A stretch of DNA of 64,000 nucleotides, taken from the NCBI GenBank assembly GCA_951406725.2, contig OX597815.1:120032001-120096000 (forward strand). Direction: 5' to 3'. The notes beneath the pieces were generated by a model. It ran no database searches. It was given only the letters and a program-made list of their open reading frames with translations, and was not told the origin of the DNA. The first letter of the stretch is position 1; every line of letters starts with the position of its first letter. Shown here in pieces: positions 24,320 through 36,885 of the stretch. This DNA is from Octopus vulgaris. Taxonomy: Eukaryota. The translations under genes were made by a program, and so were the position numbers.

Positions 24320-24992
24320 TCATAAGAGGAAAAATCAAACCCAAGGCAGAACAAGTATCTCAAAGTCATTTAGAACAATTTAGAGTAAAGCTGTTTCTGG
24401 GATAACCCAAGTGGTTGGTTAACATATCTGTGCCCTGGATATTCCATCATCTGAGACAAGGTATGGATATTTTATTCGGAGAAAATTTACAGTTTACAAG
24501 GAATAAAAGTCACTGTTTATAAGGAATAAACTAGAAGAATGAGTATTAAAATATTCTTCTAACTACTTTTACTCTTTATTCTTCCATTTTACTATTTTAT
24601 TTTTTTATTCTATTCCTTATAAACTTTGAATTTTATTCCTTGTAAAATATAAATTTTCCCCATCTAAAATATTCATACCTTGTCTCTGATGATGGAATAC
24701 CCACTGCATGGATATACTAATCGACCACTTGGGTTATCTCAGAAACAGCTGTAAGACTTCAAATTCACCTTAGCCTAATTAAATTATTCTAAGTGACTTG
24801 AGATACTCGTTCTGCCTTGGTTTTGATTTTTTCTCTAATATGATATATACACGCTATAACGGAATCCTAACACAGATCCCTAGATCCAGCCTTAGCTGTT
24901 ATCTTGGAACCTAATGGTTGACCAACTATAATATAGCACTTACCCAGCATACCTATTCATTTAGATCACAAGTGAGTTAAACTCCTCAGATT

Positions 24993-24995
<3 letters not shown>
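24320..24995 (+). mobile_element. Palindromic HHR element, family A (best copy)
   Basis: 24320-24530 is inverted at 24610-24842; a ~150-nt tail to 24995 ends at (TA)n. Confidence 0.82.
24682..24757 (+). ncRNA. Type I hammerhead ribozyme motif
   Basis: GTCT-CTGATGA-TGGAATACCCA...TGGGTTATCTCA-GAAA-CAGCTG-TA-AGAC; intact core, palindromic stem III, predicted cut after 24753. Confidence 0.88.
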
Positions 24996-25043
<48 letters not shown>

Positions 25044-25156
25044 TACATACATGCATACATACATCCATATATATACATATATACATACATGCATACATAC
25101 ATCCATACATATATACATATATACATACATGCATACATACATCCATACATATACAT

Positions 25157-25560
25157 AGGCACAGGAGTGGCTATGTGGTAAGTAGCTTGCTTACCAACCA
25201 CATGGTTCCGGGTTCATTCCCAGTACGTGGCACTTTGGGCAAGTGTTATCTACTGTAGCCTCGAGCTGACCAAAGCCTTGTGAGTGGATTTGGTAGACAG
25301 AAACTGAAAGAAGCACGTAGTATATATGTACATGTATATGTATATGTTTGTGTGTCTGTGTTCGTCCCCCCGCCAACATCGCTTGACAACTGATGGTGGT
25401 GTGCTTACGTCCCCTTAACTAAGCAGTTCAGCAAAAGTGACCATTAGAATAAGTACTAGGCTTACAAAGAATAAGTCCTGGGGTCGATTTGCTCAACTAA
25501 AGGCAGTGCTCCAGCATGGCCGCAGTCAAATGACTGAAACAAGTAAAAGAGTAAAAGAGA
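25157..25560 (+). mobile_element. SINE family 1, full-length
   Basis: GGCACAGGAGTGGCTATGTGG head through the AAAAGAGT tail. Confidence 0.9.
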
Positions 25561-25565
25561 GAGAG

Positions 25566-25616
<51 letters not shown>

Positions 25617-25879
25617 TGAGAGAGAGAGATTTATATGCATGTACATATGAATGCATCATCATGATTGTTAGATGATGATGATAATGATGATGATGGTTCA
25701 TTTTGTGGAGAGGACAAAGTTAATTATTCTTGGACTAGAATGTGGCTGCTATTTATTTTGCCAATCCCAGAAAGATAAAGAGCAAGTTGAAGAAGAAGAA
25801 GAAGAAGAAGAAGAAAATGGGGTGGAGGAGGAGAAGGAGGAGGGGGGAACGAATGAGTGAATGAATGAAATTGGATTTC

Positions 25880-26650
25880 AATGGTTTGGAATAAATCTGT
25901 ATCGTCTTTTCATTTCCCTGATACGAAAAAATAAAATCTTTTCGATAATTTCGTTTGATATATCTATTGTTATATCTTTCCACTCCTCACATTCTATAGA
26001 GTTAACATACAGCTGAGAACTTTACTACAGAGTTCATGTGTACTTCAACAATCGATAAGAATTTATTCTACCTCCCAAGAGGAATAATAGCTGAAGTAAT
26101 GAAATTTTACGACAAACCTATAAAGGGAAACAACCCCTGCCTTCTTATTTAGCTGTAATAATAACGTTAACCCATTCATAGCGAATAATAACCATCTTTT
26201 AGTAGCGATGTATGCAGGTTTTAGGTTTTTAAACTAAGATTTTATACATTTTTCGTGTTAGATAGGAAGTGCCTTCTCAATAGTTCACCGTCTTCATGAG
26301 ACTGTAGTAAATTATGATTTCTTATTCAGCTAAAAGGAAGAAACGACCTCTAAGCTGCACTAAAGTAAAATAAATTCATGTGCGGTTTTGATGGTAGTTG
26401 TGGATTTTGTTTTGTATATTTTGCTGATGTTTCCGAATTTACCAAATCGACGTTATGGAAGGCTAACAAAAGTACAAATGAAATGAGTATGTACATATGT
26501 GTATGAATGTATGTGTACGCTCGCGCGCACACACACACACACATAGAAGATGTTCGTGGATTTAGGAAATACATTTTTAGTTCTTCTTAGAGAAGTATAT
26601 TAAATCGCTTTGCGAGCGCTCAACGTTTCAATAGGTAGTTGGTACTATGG
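25880..26650 (+). promoter_or_regulatory. CpG-retaining unique region, possible promoter and 5' exons
   Basis: Many CpGs in non-repetitive AT-rich DNA; candidate donor GTATGT at 26487 and small exon 26591-26634 (ttcttcttag / gtagtt). Confidence 0.3.
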
Positions 26651-26748
26651 CATGTTCTATGTGAATTAAGATGGACCTCAAATAGAGTGCATAAAAATAT
26701 GGAATATTTAGCACAATGTACGTATGCGTATGTATTTATATTTTTATG

Positions 26749-27283
26749 TACCTTAAATCTTTGAGTATAGTCCGCCCTTGAGTATAATACGCAGGGGATT
26801 TTTAGGGCGGGGTGTACCTCTGAAACACTTAAACTTTGTGTATAATACGCACTCCTTCTCTAACTTCAGTCGTGCGTAATTAAGCCAGCAGCACCCAGTC
26901 GAACAAACACTTCTGCGCATGCATAATACAATAATGGTGATGTTCTCAACTGTTATATGGGAATGTGAGAATGTAAATATGTTTGCAAATTGTTTTTGTT
27001 ACATGTTATTCTGTGTTCTGAATACTTTTACTTTTATAAATGTTGCTTACTGCAAGTTATGGATGATTCTTTTATGACTTCATTGCTATCAGGCTTAGCT
27101 TAAGGTATTTTCGCGCCCGACATCACAAAATGCGTCTGAATAAACATTGCCGGACAGCAAATACAGTCTCGGACATTGCTTACAAAATATTTTAAATTTT
27201 TAACCTCATATATAGTACGCACTAGGGATTTTGACCTTTAAATTTTGGTGGGAAATGCGGATTATACTCGAGGATTTACGGTA
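26749..27283. mobile_element. pogo/Tc2-type MITE
   Basis: TIRs TACCTTAAATCTTTGAGTATAGTCCGC / GCGGATTATACTCGAGGATTTACGGTA with TA ends; subterminal TATAATACGCA repeats. Confidence 0.78.
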
Positions 27284-27289
27284 TATATG

Positions 27290-27550
27290 TAGTTTGATCA
27301 ATAAATACCCAGACTGTTGCCATAGTAACGAAGTTAAGGCACGCCGAGTAAAGTCGCTTGACACAGATTGACCTTGAAATTTGCTGTGCATGTGCACTAA
27401 GTTTTAACGTTTTGGCTTACTTCTGCTGTTTACAGCAGTGCTTGGAAGGAACATGTGTAGCATGTGATTGTTGTATTGACCATGATAGAGAAAGTTGAGC
27501 AGAGAATCTGCATCCAATTTTGCCAAAAGCTTGGTGATACTTGCTCAGGG
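27290..27550 (+). mobile_element. mariner 5' fragment
   Basis: MIEKVEQRICIQFCQKLGDTCS resembles a mariner transposase N-terminus. Confidence 0.6.
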
Positions 27551-28146
27551 GCCTATCTCTGAGATATTTAGAAATTTTATATATGTATATATATTGTTTC
27601 AAATTTGCGTGAATATGTATAGAATAATATATCGGTTGAATAAAGTTATGACATGGCCTGGTTTTCATGTTTTTTATAAAGGTATTTTAACTCTAAAAAA
27701 TATTTTGTAATGCTCGTAAAGTTAAATTAGCACTTTCATACATAGTATAATCATCAGATTTCAAATGTGTTTAACTGAAAAGAGGTACTAAAGTTCTCGA
27801 CAACTTTAGTACTTCTTAGAATGCTCCAACAAGCTGAATTTTTAGAATACCTTTTTGACCAATTTGCATGCCTCTTAAACATCACTGTTTTCCAGGTGTA
27901 CTGATATTCTGTAACTTGCTTGTATTTATATGCTAGAGGTAATTCTTTAATCCACATCATTAACTGGTTGTTATATTATTGCTATTATTTCCATTCAGAA
28001 CAGGTATGAACATTTTGATAAATCGTTTTTCTTTTATCTTTCTTCCAACACCACATGTGTCATGTAGTTTGTGGAAAAGAAAATGTGAAAACCAGACCAT
28101 GTGTTAACTTTATGCAACTGATATACATATATATATATATATATAT

Positions 28147-28373
28147 TTCTTTACTACCCACAAGGGGCTAAACACAGAGGGGACAAACAAGGACAGACAA
28201 AGGGATTAAGTCAATTACATCGACCCCAGTGAGTAACTGGTACTTAATTTATCGACCCCGAAAGGATGAAAGGCAAAGTCGACCTCGGCGGAATTTGAAC
28301 TCGGAACGTAACGACAGATGAAATACAGCTACGAATTTCGCCCGGCGTGCTAACGTTTTTACCAGCTCGCCAC
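28147..28373 (-). mobile_element. tRNA-derived SINE family 2 (octopus OR-like), full-length, young
   Basis: GGTGGCGAGCTGG head, GAGTTCAAATTCC B box, GAGGTCGACTTTGCCTTTCATCCTTTCGGGGTCGATAAATTAAGTACC central domain. Confidence 0.88.
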
Positions 28374-29657
28374 CTATATATATATATGTATGTATAGAGT
28401 GTTTGAAGTGGTGTACAGATACTGTATATTGAGAAAAAGGAGGTAGTTAGAATTTTGGATAATTCTTTATTAGTACTTTTGTTCATTGTCAAACTTGTCA
28501 AGACAAAATCAAAATCAAATTGGTAAGAACAGACGAAATACTGCTAAGCATTTTGCCAGGCATGCTAATGTTTCTGCCAACTCACTGCCCTATATATTCA
28601 CTCAAAAGGCATTGGCTAGCCCAGGGCTATAGTAGAAAACAAGATGCCTCGCAGAGGTACTGAATCCAAATGCATGTCGCTGCCAAGCAGGCTTGTTAAC
28701 CACACAGCCATGATGCTGCCTTTTAAGAACAACTTTATGTCGGCCATATTCAAACTGTCCAGTTTCACACTTGACTAGTCACTGACCTTTATTTACGTTA
28801 TTTAATTTAGTTCCATCTTTATATTCTTTTTATAAATTTATTTATATCTATTTATATATTTAATTAATTAAAGTGTTTCATCATTTTTTAAAGCATTTTC
28901 ATATATATTTTTCTGTCTTTACATTGTGACCTCCCTTCCCCAACCTACCTTACCACTTCTAATTCTGAATTTCTTTTCTGACCTTTGGACTAACTTATCA
29001 GATTTTTGCTAGCAGAAAAATAAAAATTTCTTTAATTGGAAATTTTAGGAAAATTGTGGTTCACACCTGAACACCACTCCTATTTAATGAAGCTTTCTGC
29101 CAGTTTTCTTATATAAACACTAAAATGAAATCTCTTCAATGGTTGAATAAGCCAGAAGGTAAAATTTAAAGTATCAGTAGTCCTCATTGGTAAATGTTTT
29201 GTAGTTATTCTTAAACTTGCTTTAAAATCATAACCTTAATCCATCCAGCCATCCATCTATACATCTATCCATCCAACTATCCATCCATAAATACATAATG
29301 TACCAACAAATTAACACAAAAACCCATCAATACTTGATTCCACGAAGAAAGAGCAAAAGAAACTGACGTGGATTCTTCAAATCCAATTTATTAGTGGCAT
29401 AGTGAAGATTTGTAAGACGTTCCAAAAATTTTCCTCTGAGATTCTTTAGGTGAATCAATACACACACATGAGTGTATGCATTCACAGTTCAACCAATACA
29501 CCTACTCAACCATATATTTACAAACACTAGGAACTCTCTCGACTCAAAAGTCTTGTCACTTTGTTGGCAAATAGTTTGAACTCTGTCAAGAAAAACTTAA
29601 ATAAAACTCAAAGAAAAACATATATACATATATACATAGTAACATACATGCATGCAG

Positions 29658-29712
<55 letters not shown>

Positions 29713-29737
29713 ACACATACACTCACACATATACATA

Positions 29738-29952
29738 TGAGGAGGTGCTGAAAAGTTCCTGGCTTTAAGGGTACCATGAAAGACCTGGTTGGAGGCACAA
29801 CTTTCCACGTTCTTTTACAGGGCTTAGAAAAACTGAAGGACTGCTGCAATAAAGGTGTGAATTTGGGAGGAGAATATGCTGAAGAAAATAATTGACTAAT
29901 CCTCCTGTATTTTCTTTTACCCAAAGCCAGAAATATTTTCAGGCACCCCTCA
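29738..29952 (+). mobile_element. Internally deleted mariner (MITE)
   Basis: TIRs GAGGAGGTGCTGAAAAGTTCCTGGCTTT / AAAGCCAGAAATATTTTCAGGCACCCCTC; internal remnant of the transposase C-terminus (GLEKL...GGEYAEE). Confidence 0.75.
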
Positions 29953-29967
29953 TGTATATATATATAT

Positions 29968-30222
29968 GTAGAATTCTACATCGAGTGAAAGACGGGATGG
30001 ACGCTTCGATTTTGTGTTGGTGCCCCACTCTGTCTTACGCGACTACGAGGATTTGCATCCCCAACGTAAAACTTATAATGTTAAACATGTCCTTGAAGTA
30101 GTAATTGTACGCAGCTGAAGAAGGCTATAGACACACATTATGCATTGTTATGAAACTGTCTAATAAAGGCCCGAAACATATGTACCGCTAAATCCTTGGC
30201 ATCATGTTTTTATTTTGATTTA
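29968..30222 (+). mobile_element. Short HHR element, family C, between (TA)n tracts
   Basis: Second copy at 20025-20120; HHR at 30111-30188. Confidence 0.75.
30111..30188 (+). ncRNA. Type I hammerhead ribozyme motif
   Basis: GCAG-CTGAAGA-A-GG..TAGACA...TGTCTA..CC-GAAA-CATATG-TA-CCGC; palindromic stem III; stem I fits a CpG-decayed GCGG/CCGC. Confidence 0.8.
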
Positions 30223-30859
30223 TATATATATATATACACATATACATATATTCCTTATGCAGAGACTGACCACCTCTTGTACCTACACCTTAGATCCATC
30301 AAGGCACCTGATGTAGCTTTTTAAACCAGACAATGCATTGAAAAGAGACCCATATAAATTGCATATCTGCACCAAGAGCTGAAGTTTTTGAGACCTCCGT
30401 TAGATTTGCAGCCCTTATGGCATACACAGCATTGGAAGGTGTACACAGATATATAGGCAGGATAGTTGGCGGAGGTTCGTTTTTCATGGGTCTGTAAATG
30501 TGATTTGGGCCCAGCAAAAGAATCTGGTGTTGGGTTTGCTCTCAATTCATATATATATATACATACAGAGAGAGAGAGAGTTACATGAGTTGAAATGTTT
30601 TGCCTGAAAACTCAATACACCAGTCAGCCCAGGAATTGAAACCGTGATCTCAGAATCATGAGTACAATGCCCTAACCACTAGGCCATATACATATACATA
30701 TGTATTTACATGTGTATTTATGCATGAATTTATGTATGCAACATGTATATGTATATACATAATTATATATACATATGCATATATGTGTGTGTGTGCGTGC
30801 ATGTGTATATATATATATCATCGTTCGTTTAACGTCCGCTTTCCATGCTAGCATGGGTT

Positions 30860-30901
<42 letters not shown>

Positions 30902-30905
<4 letters not shown>

Positions 30906-31575
30906 GGGTTGAACAAAATAATGGAAATAGCTAGCATCATACCATCATAATTTTGAATTATCTATAAAACTGTCAAAAGTTTGTTTATTTTTATGTTTTT
31001 TGATTCATTATTAGTGTTGTTTAATATGTTTTGCTAAAATTATTGTTTCTTTTCAGATATCATCAGAAAAAGGTAATTAAAATTCATTAAAATGACAGAT
31101 CTGTTGGACTTTCAAAGAGGCCAAATTGTTGGTGTTCATATGGCAGGCGCTAGCGTAAGCAAAACAGTTGAAATGTTTGGTGTATCAAGAAGTACTGTCT
31201 TGAAATCAATTTGATAAAGAGGGAGAAACCTCCTCGTCAAAACAAAACTCTGGAAGAAAACCAAAACTTTCAGATAGGGACCGTTTGACTCTTACACAAA
31301 TTGTTAGAAAGGATCACAAAATTTACTGCTCCCAAAATTATTGCAGAGCTTAATGGCCACCTTGAGAACCCAGTTTCCACAAAAACTGTTTGCAGGGAGC
31401 TGCACAAAGCCAAATTTCATCAGAGGGCTGCATTCAGAAAGCTACTACTTTCAAAAACAAACGTTGCAAATCGTTTAGAGTGGTGTATACATATGGAGAC
31501 AGCCAAAAGAAGCATTTGACCCACACTGTCTTCTTCCAACTGTTAAACATGGAGGAGGAACTGTGATGATCTGTA
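30902..31575 (+). mobile_element. Tc1-like transposon, left end plus deleted transposase
   Basis: TA-GAGGGGTTGAACAAAATAATGG end; MTDLLDFQRGQIVGVHMAGASVSKTVEMFGVSRSTV, SGRKPKLSDRD, PTVKHGGGTVMI. Confidence 0.85.
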
Positions 31576-31804
31576 ATCCAAGTGCAGGAGATAACTACCT
31601 CGTGAACAAATGGGACTACAAAGCCCTTAAAATCCTAAAATGCAATAAGGGAAGAAGTTGAGCTATAATTTGTTTCTTTCATGTAATTTTATATAAAGAT
31701 TAATTTCTAAGACTCTGATTTACTTCATGTTTTTTATTTCTATTTTTGGTTTTCTGTCAATACCTTTCAACTGGTTCCAATGTCAATATTCTTTGCAGAA
31801 GTAA

Positions 31805-32110
31805 GGAAGTGAGCTGGAAGAATTGTTAGCACTATGGAATAAATACTTCGAGCTATTTGTCCCAGTTCTTTACATTCTGAGTTCAAATTGGGTCAAGGTC
31901 AACTTTGCCTTTTAAGGCAGTGAACTGGCAGAATCATTAACATGCCAGGCAAAATGCTTAGTGGCATTTCATCATGTTCTGAGTTCAAATTCTGCTGAAA
32001 TTGACTTTTCGGGGTCAATAAAATAAGAACCAGTAAAGCACTGGGGTCAATGTAATTGACTTACCCACAACCCATGATGTTACTGGTCTTTTGCCAAAAT
32101 GTGAAATTAA
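31805..32110 (+). mobile_element. Two tandem decayed SINE family 2 copies
   Basis: GAGCTGG..GTTAGCA and TTCTGAGTTCAAATT occur twice. Confidence 0.7.
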
Positions 32111-32189
32111 TTTTCTTGGCAGAAGAGTGCAGTGTGGTGTTGATGGATTTTACCTCAGTTAATTTATAACATTTACCATATCACATGAT

Positions 32190-32490
32190 TATGTGGTTAA
32201 GAAGCTGCATTAGCAACCATGTGATTTGGGGTGCAATTCCACTGAATGGTACATTGGGCAAGTGTCTACTACCATAGCCCAGGGCCAACCTAGTCAGTGA
32301 ATTTGGTAGACAGAATCTAAGTAGAACTCCATCATGTGTGTGTGTGTGTGTATTTGTTTTCCCACCAACACCACCACTAGACAACCAGTGTTGGTTTGTT
32401 CATGTCCCTGTAACTTAGAAGTTTGGCAAGAGGAAACTTTCCTAAGCAGTGCTCCAGCATGGCTGTATTCCAATGTCTGAAACATGATAA
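32190..32490 (+). mobile_element. SINE family 1, decayed
   Basis: Head, TTGGGCAAGTGTC and GCTCCAGCATGGCTG motifs. Confidence 0.7.
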
Positions 32491-32864
32491 AAAATTCTTG
32501 GATGCTAAGGAGATTCGACTTTGGTGGGTTTTGAACTGGGAATAATCATACATGTCATGCAGCTTTCTACATTTTTTGCTGTTGTCTTTCTTGAAATTTA
32601 ATATTGATTTCTTTATGCAGACTGGACATAAGACTCCAGATTCAAAAGTGTTGGAAAGAAATAGCTCCCTGTCTAAATGTATACAGGGAGGTAGTTCTCC
32701 CTTTTCCTTTTCTTTCTTCTAAATTGAAGTTTTAGGCTAGAACAATCCTCCTCCTCCTCCTCCACCATCTCCTCCTCCTCCACCACCTCCTCTTCACCAC
32801 CACCACCACCACCACCACCATCATCATTACTACTGTTTAACATCTGTATTCTGGATGAATGCTA

Positions 32865-33188
32865 TCTGCCACTGCATGGCACCTTGGGCAAGTGTCTGCT
32901 ACTATAGCCTCAGGTTGATCAAAGCCTTGTGAGTGGATTTGGTAGACAGAAACTGAAAGAAGCCCGTCGTATATATGTGTATGTGTGTGTGTGTGTTCCC
33001 CACAACATTGCTTGACAACTGATGCTGGTGTTTTTACGTCCCTGTAATTTAGCAGTTCGGCAAAAGAGACTGATAGAATAAGTGCTAGGCTTACAAAGAA
33101 TAAGTCCTGCAGTTACTTTGCTCAGCTAAAGGCGGTGCTCTAGCCTGGCCGCAGTCAAATGACTGAAACAAGTAAAAGAATAAAAGAA
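32865..33188 (+). mobile_element. SINE family 1, 5'-truncated
   Basis: Body and tail match 25157-25560. Confidence 0.85.
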
Positions 33189-33217
33189 TATACATATGTA
33201 TGTATATATATATATAA

Positions 33218-34185
33218 TATGGTAACTGAAAGAAAGATGGAAAACATGAGAATTTTTATGAATCACAACAATTGTTTCGACACATCTAGTATTGATCCAT
33301 CATGGGCAGGATACTTAACAACTGGATTAGGAGCATCTGACTGTACAGATGTGTCTCTTCAGAAGATAAATCGATATAACTTGTTAAAATAACAGTTCCG
33401 CAATGTATCTTATCATTTCATGTAAAGAAAAGCTGCAAATTAAAGGCTATAGCTTCATTTATATAGAAGATCAATAATAAAATAACGGATGCAAAACAGA
33501 AATGAACACGTAATATAGCAAGAAATGTATAAAAAATAACTATTAATGGATATGGATGTATAAACACCCTTGTGAAAGTTGTATGGCACATGTACACTCA
33601 CTCATACAAGCATCCATGAAGATGTAAGCACATGCACATGTGTGGTTTGGTGCACATACATTCACATAGTGAGTTAAATAGCTACTTGGTGTTTATAAGA
33701 ATGGGGAGGTTAAAGCCAAACATAGTTCATCCATACCTTAAAGTAAATTATGTTAACAGTTATGATAATTCATTCCCACTGAATTGCGTGAAAGTACATT
33801 TATATGCATGTAGGCATTGGAAATTCTATTGATGATCTTGTTGGTCCACAGAATAGACAGGGATTCCTTGGAGCAAGGTTGGCATCTCCTGGAAATGATA
33901 TTATATGGTTTTATGGTGCCTTACTATGGACCAAGTTATGTTATACTTAATTTTTATCTTCCTTCAGTTGCCACAAAATTGGCAAAAGATGTTGAATGTC
34001 TCTTATTGATTTTCTTGAAGCTGGCAACATGGTTGCGATTATGATTCTTGAATGAATCAGCAGTTTGCCCAATGTAAACATACAGCCCTCACCTTGTGTG
34101 CATGGTACATTTATATACAAAATTTGTACTCATACACAGGGTCATTAATGGGCATTTTGATTTTTCTCTGCATAAGCATTTATTA
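33218..34185 (-). mobile_element. Penelope-like element 3' end: GIY-YIG endonuclease remnant plus HHR-containing 3' region
   Basis: CLCREKSKCPL..C...FVYKC, YVYIGQTADSFK...HVASFK...HST, WQLK..YNITWSI, CQPC, CLH; stops and frameshifts; HHR downstream; ends at (TA)n. Confidence 0.85.
33262..33367 (-). ncRNA. Type I hammerhead ribozyme motif in the PLE 3' region
   Basis: ATCTT-CTGAAGA-GACACATCT...AGATGTGTC-GAAA-CAATTG-TT-GTGAT; 9-bp stem II base, palindromic stem III. Confidence 0.8.
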
Positions 34186-34509
34186 TATTTATTTGTATAT
34201 GTGTGTGTGTCTGTGTGTATAGATATAGATATATATATACACACACATGTGTGTGTGTGTGTATGTATGTATATATATTGAAAAAAGAAAACACATACAA
34301 TACTCATTTATTTTTATCAAGAAAATTAAAAGTTACGATAAAAATATTATAGTTATGATAAATGTATTGCTATGATTAATGACACTGAAAATATCAAAAA
34401 TGAGGCTAACTAATTTAATGTGCTAAAAATTTTAATGAATTAAGTATTATAACATTGATGTGATACTTACTGCATACCTTCCATTGTACCTCACTGTGTG
34501 TGTATATAT

Positions 34510-34917
34510 ACTCTTTACTCTTTCACTCTTTTACTTGTTTCAGTCATTTGACTGCGGCCATGCTGGAGCACTGCCTTTAGTCGAGCAAATCGACCCCGGG
34601 ACTTATTCTTTTGTAAGCCCAGTACTTATTCTATCGGTCTCTTTTGCCGAACCGCTAAGTGACAGGGATGTAAACACACCAGCATCGGTTGTCAAGCAAT
34701 GCTAGGGAGACAAACACAGACACACAAACATATACACACACACTTATATATATATACATATATACGACAGGCTTCTTTCAGTTTCCGTCTACCAAATCCA
34801 CTCACAAGGCTTTGGTCAGCTCGAGGCTATAGCAGAAGACACTTGCCCAAGATGCCACGCAGTGGGACTGAACCCAGAACCATGTGGTTGGTTAGCAAGC
34901 TACTTACCACACAGCCA
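34510..34917 (-). mobile_element. SINE family 1, near full-length
   Basis: Matches 13850-14258. Confidence 0.9.
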
Positions 34918-34922
34918 ATATG

Positions 34923-34953
<31 letters not shown>

Positions 34954-35505
34954 GTATATGTACACATACACATGAAGGCATGTATCTGTGTGTGTGTGTG
35001 ATAAAAAGAAATCCAGACAATTTTTTGAAAAGTAACATTTTGATCCCCCTGGAGTGACCAGCTGGATTTGCCATTTCTAAAAGTCCAAGAAACATTTACT
35101 ATTGAAAGACTGACCAGCTGATAAGATGTCAACACATTTTTCTTCTTTCTCTCCTCCTTCTTCCTTTGATTCTCTTTTCCATTGACACTTCTTTCAGATA
35201 CAAAAGTGCATGCACACATACACACACACATGCACTCTCTCTCACTTTCTCGCCATTTTTCACCCTCTTGTACTATCTTATATCTCTCTCCACCCCAACA
35301 AACTCAATAATACTATAAAAAGAGACAAAATTCCTGAAAAAGTTCAATCTGACGTCTCCACTAGAATAGACGCAAGTGCTAATATACTTTTTAAAAAAAG
35401 CATGTGACATATTAACAAATATCTGTAAATGTAAAACTATCCAGATTTCTGAGTACCTAATTTCTTCTAATATATAATACCTGTACATCATCTCGAAACC
35501 TTCTA

Positions 35506-35591
<86 letters not shown>

Positions 35592-35608
35592 ATATATACT
35601 CATATATA

Positions 35609-36885
35609 TCAGGTCATCCCATAAGTTCTTTCCAAATTTTGAATAAAGAAAACAAGTGATCAAATGTCATATTTAATTGAAATTTAATCATCAATGTACT
35701 TTCCTTGATTATCTATGACTTCCTTCTGTCTATTTACAAGCTTTTTAATCCCATCAACGTAAAACTCTTTTGGTTTCAAAGCGAAGAACTCTGAAATGTC
35801 AGTTTCAACCTCCTCCTGGCTTGCGAATGTTATGTCCCCGAAATGATTCTGTAAACTACAAAACAAATGGTAGTCTAAAGGAGCAAGATCGGGAGAATAA
35901 GGTGGATGAGGAGTTTTTTTCCCAACCAAGCTCTTCGATCTTCTGTGGTGTGATTTTGCAGTGTGGAGTCATGCATTGTTCTGATGAAACATCACTTCTT
36001 TTTGATTCTCTAAAGTGGGTCTTTTTTTCTTCAAAGCTTGGTTCAAACACTAATAGACTTGAGCATTGATTGTTGCATTAGGTGGTAACAATTCAAAGTG
36101 AATTACTCCTTTGCAATCCCACCAGATAGAGAGAAGAACCTTTTTCTCGTGAAGTTCTCTTCTCGGTTGTGGTTGAGCTTTTTCCCTTTTACCAAGTCAC
36201 TGTTTAAGACGTTTAACATTTCGAGAGAAGATCCATTTTACATCACCAGTCAGAAGTCTATCCAAAAAGGGTGAAATGAGTTCACGAGAATGGGGAGAAG
36301 AGCAGATGTCAACTCAGGATTTGCGGTTGCTTTTGGACAATTCATGAAGCACCCATTTTCCAAGTTTAGGAACCTTTCCAAGTTGTTGAAGATGACGATG
36401 AACAGTTGTATGGTTTGAACTAAGCTTTATTGCCAATTCTTCAACTAATAATGCAGTATTTTCTTCAAGTAATGCCTCAAAGAGCTTATCATCAAACCCA
36501 ACTGGACGTCCTGTTCAATTTTCCTCTTCAAGGCTGAAATCTCCACTTCTGAATTTTGCAAACCATCTTCTGCAAGTTCTTTTATTCAAGCATTCTTTCC
36601 CATAAACTAAGTGTATGTTTCGAGTCACTTCAGCAGCAGAGTTTCCTTTTTTGTATTTATAAAGCATTATGTGCCTCAAATGCTCTTTGGATATTTCCAT
36701 GTTAGAAAAAGTTTTAATCAAAGAAATTTTAATTCTATTATTCTGTAAAATAATATTTGATTAGTTTAAATATACACAAATGCATAAAAAATAATTTTTA
36801 ATTCCATTAGACATACTAAAATACTATTAAATTTCATTCAATTTTAAAAAAGGCAAAATCGAACAGAACTTATGGGATAACCTGA
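35609..36885 (-). mobile_element. Full-length mariner (DD34D) transposon with a pseudogenised transposase
   Basis: TIRs TCAGGTCATCCCATAAGTTCT / AGAACTTATGGGATAACCTGA flanked by TA; about 1.28 kb; MEISKEHLRH, WFAKFRSGDFSL, KWVLHEL, TGDVKW, HPPYSPDLAPLDYHLF; stops and frameshifts. Confidence 0.95.

Noticed and set aside
25157-25235. tRNA gene-like A/B boxes
   Set aside because: These are SINE heads and cannot form a complete cloverleaf.
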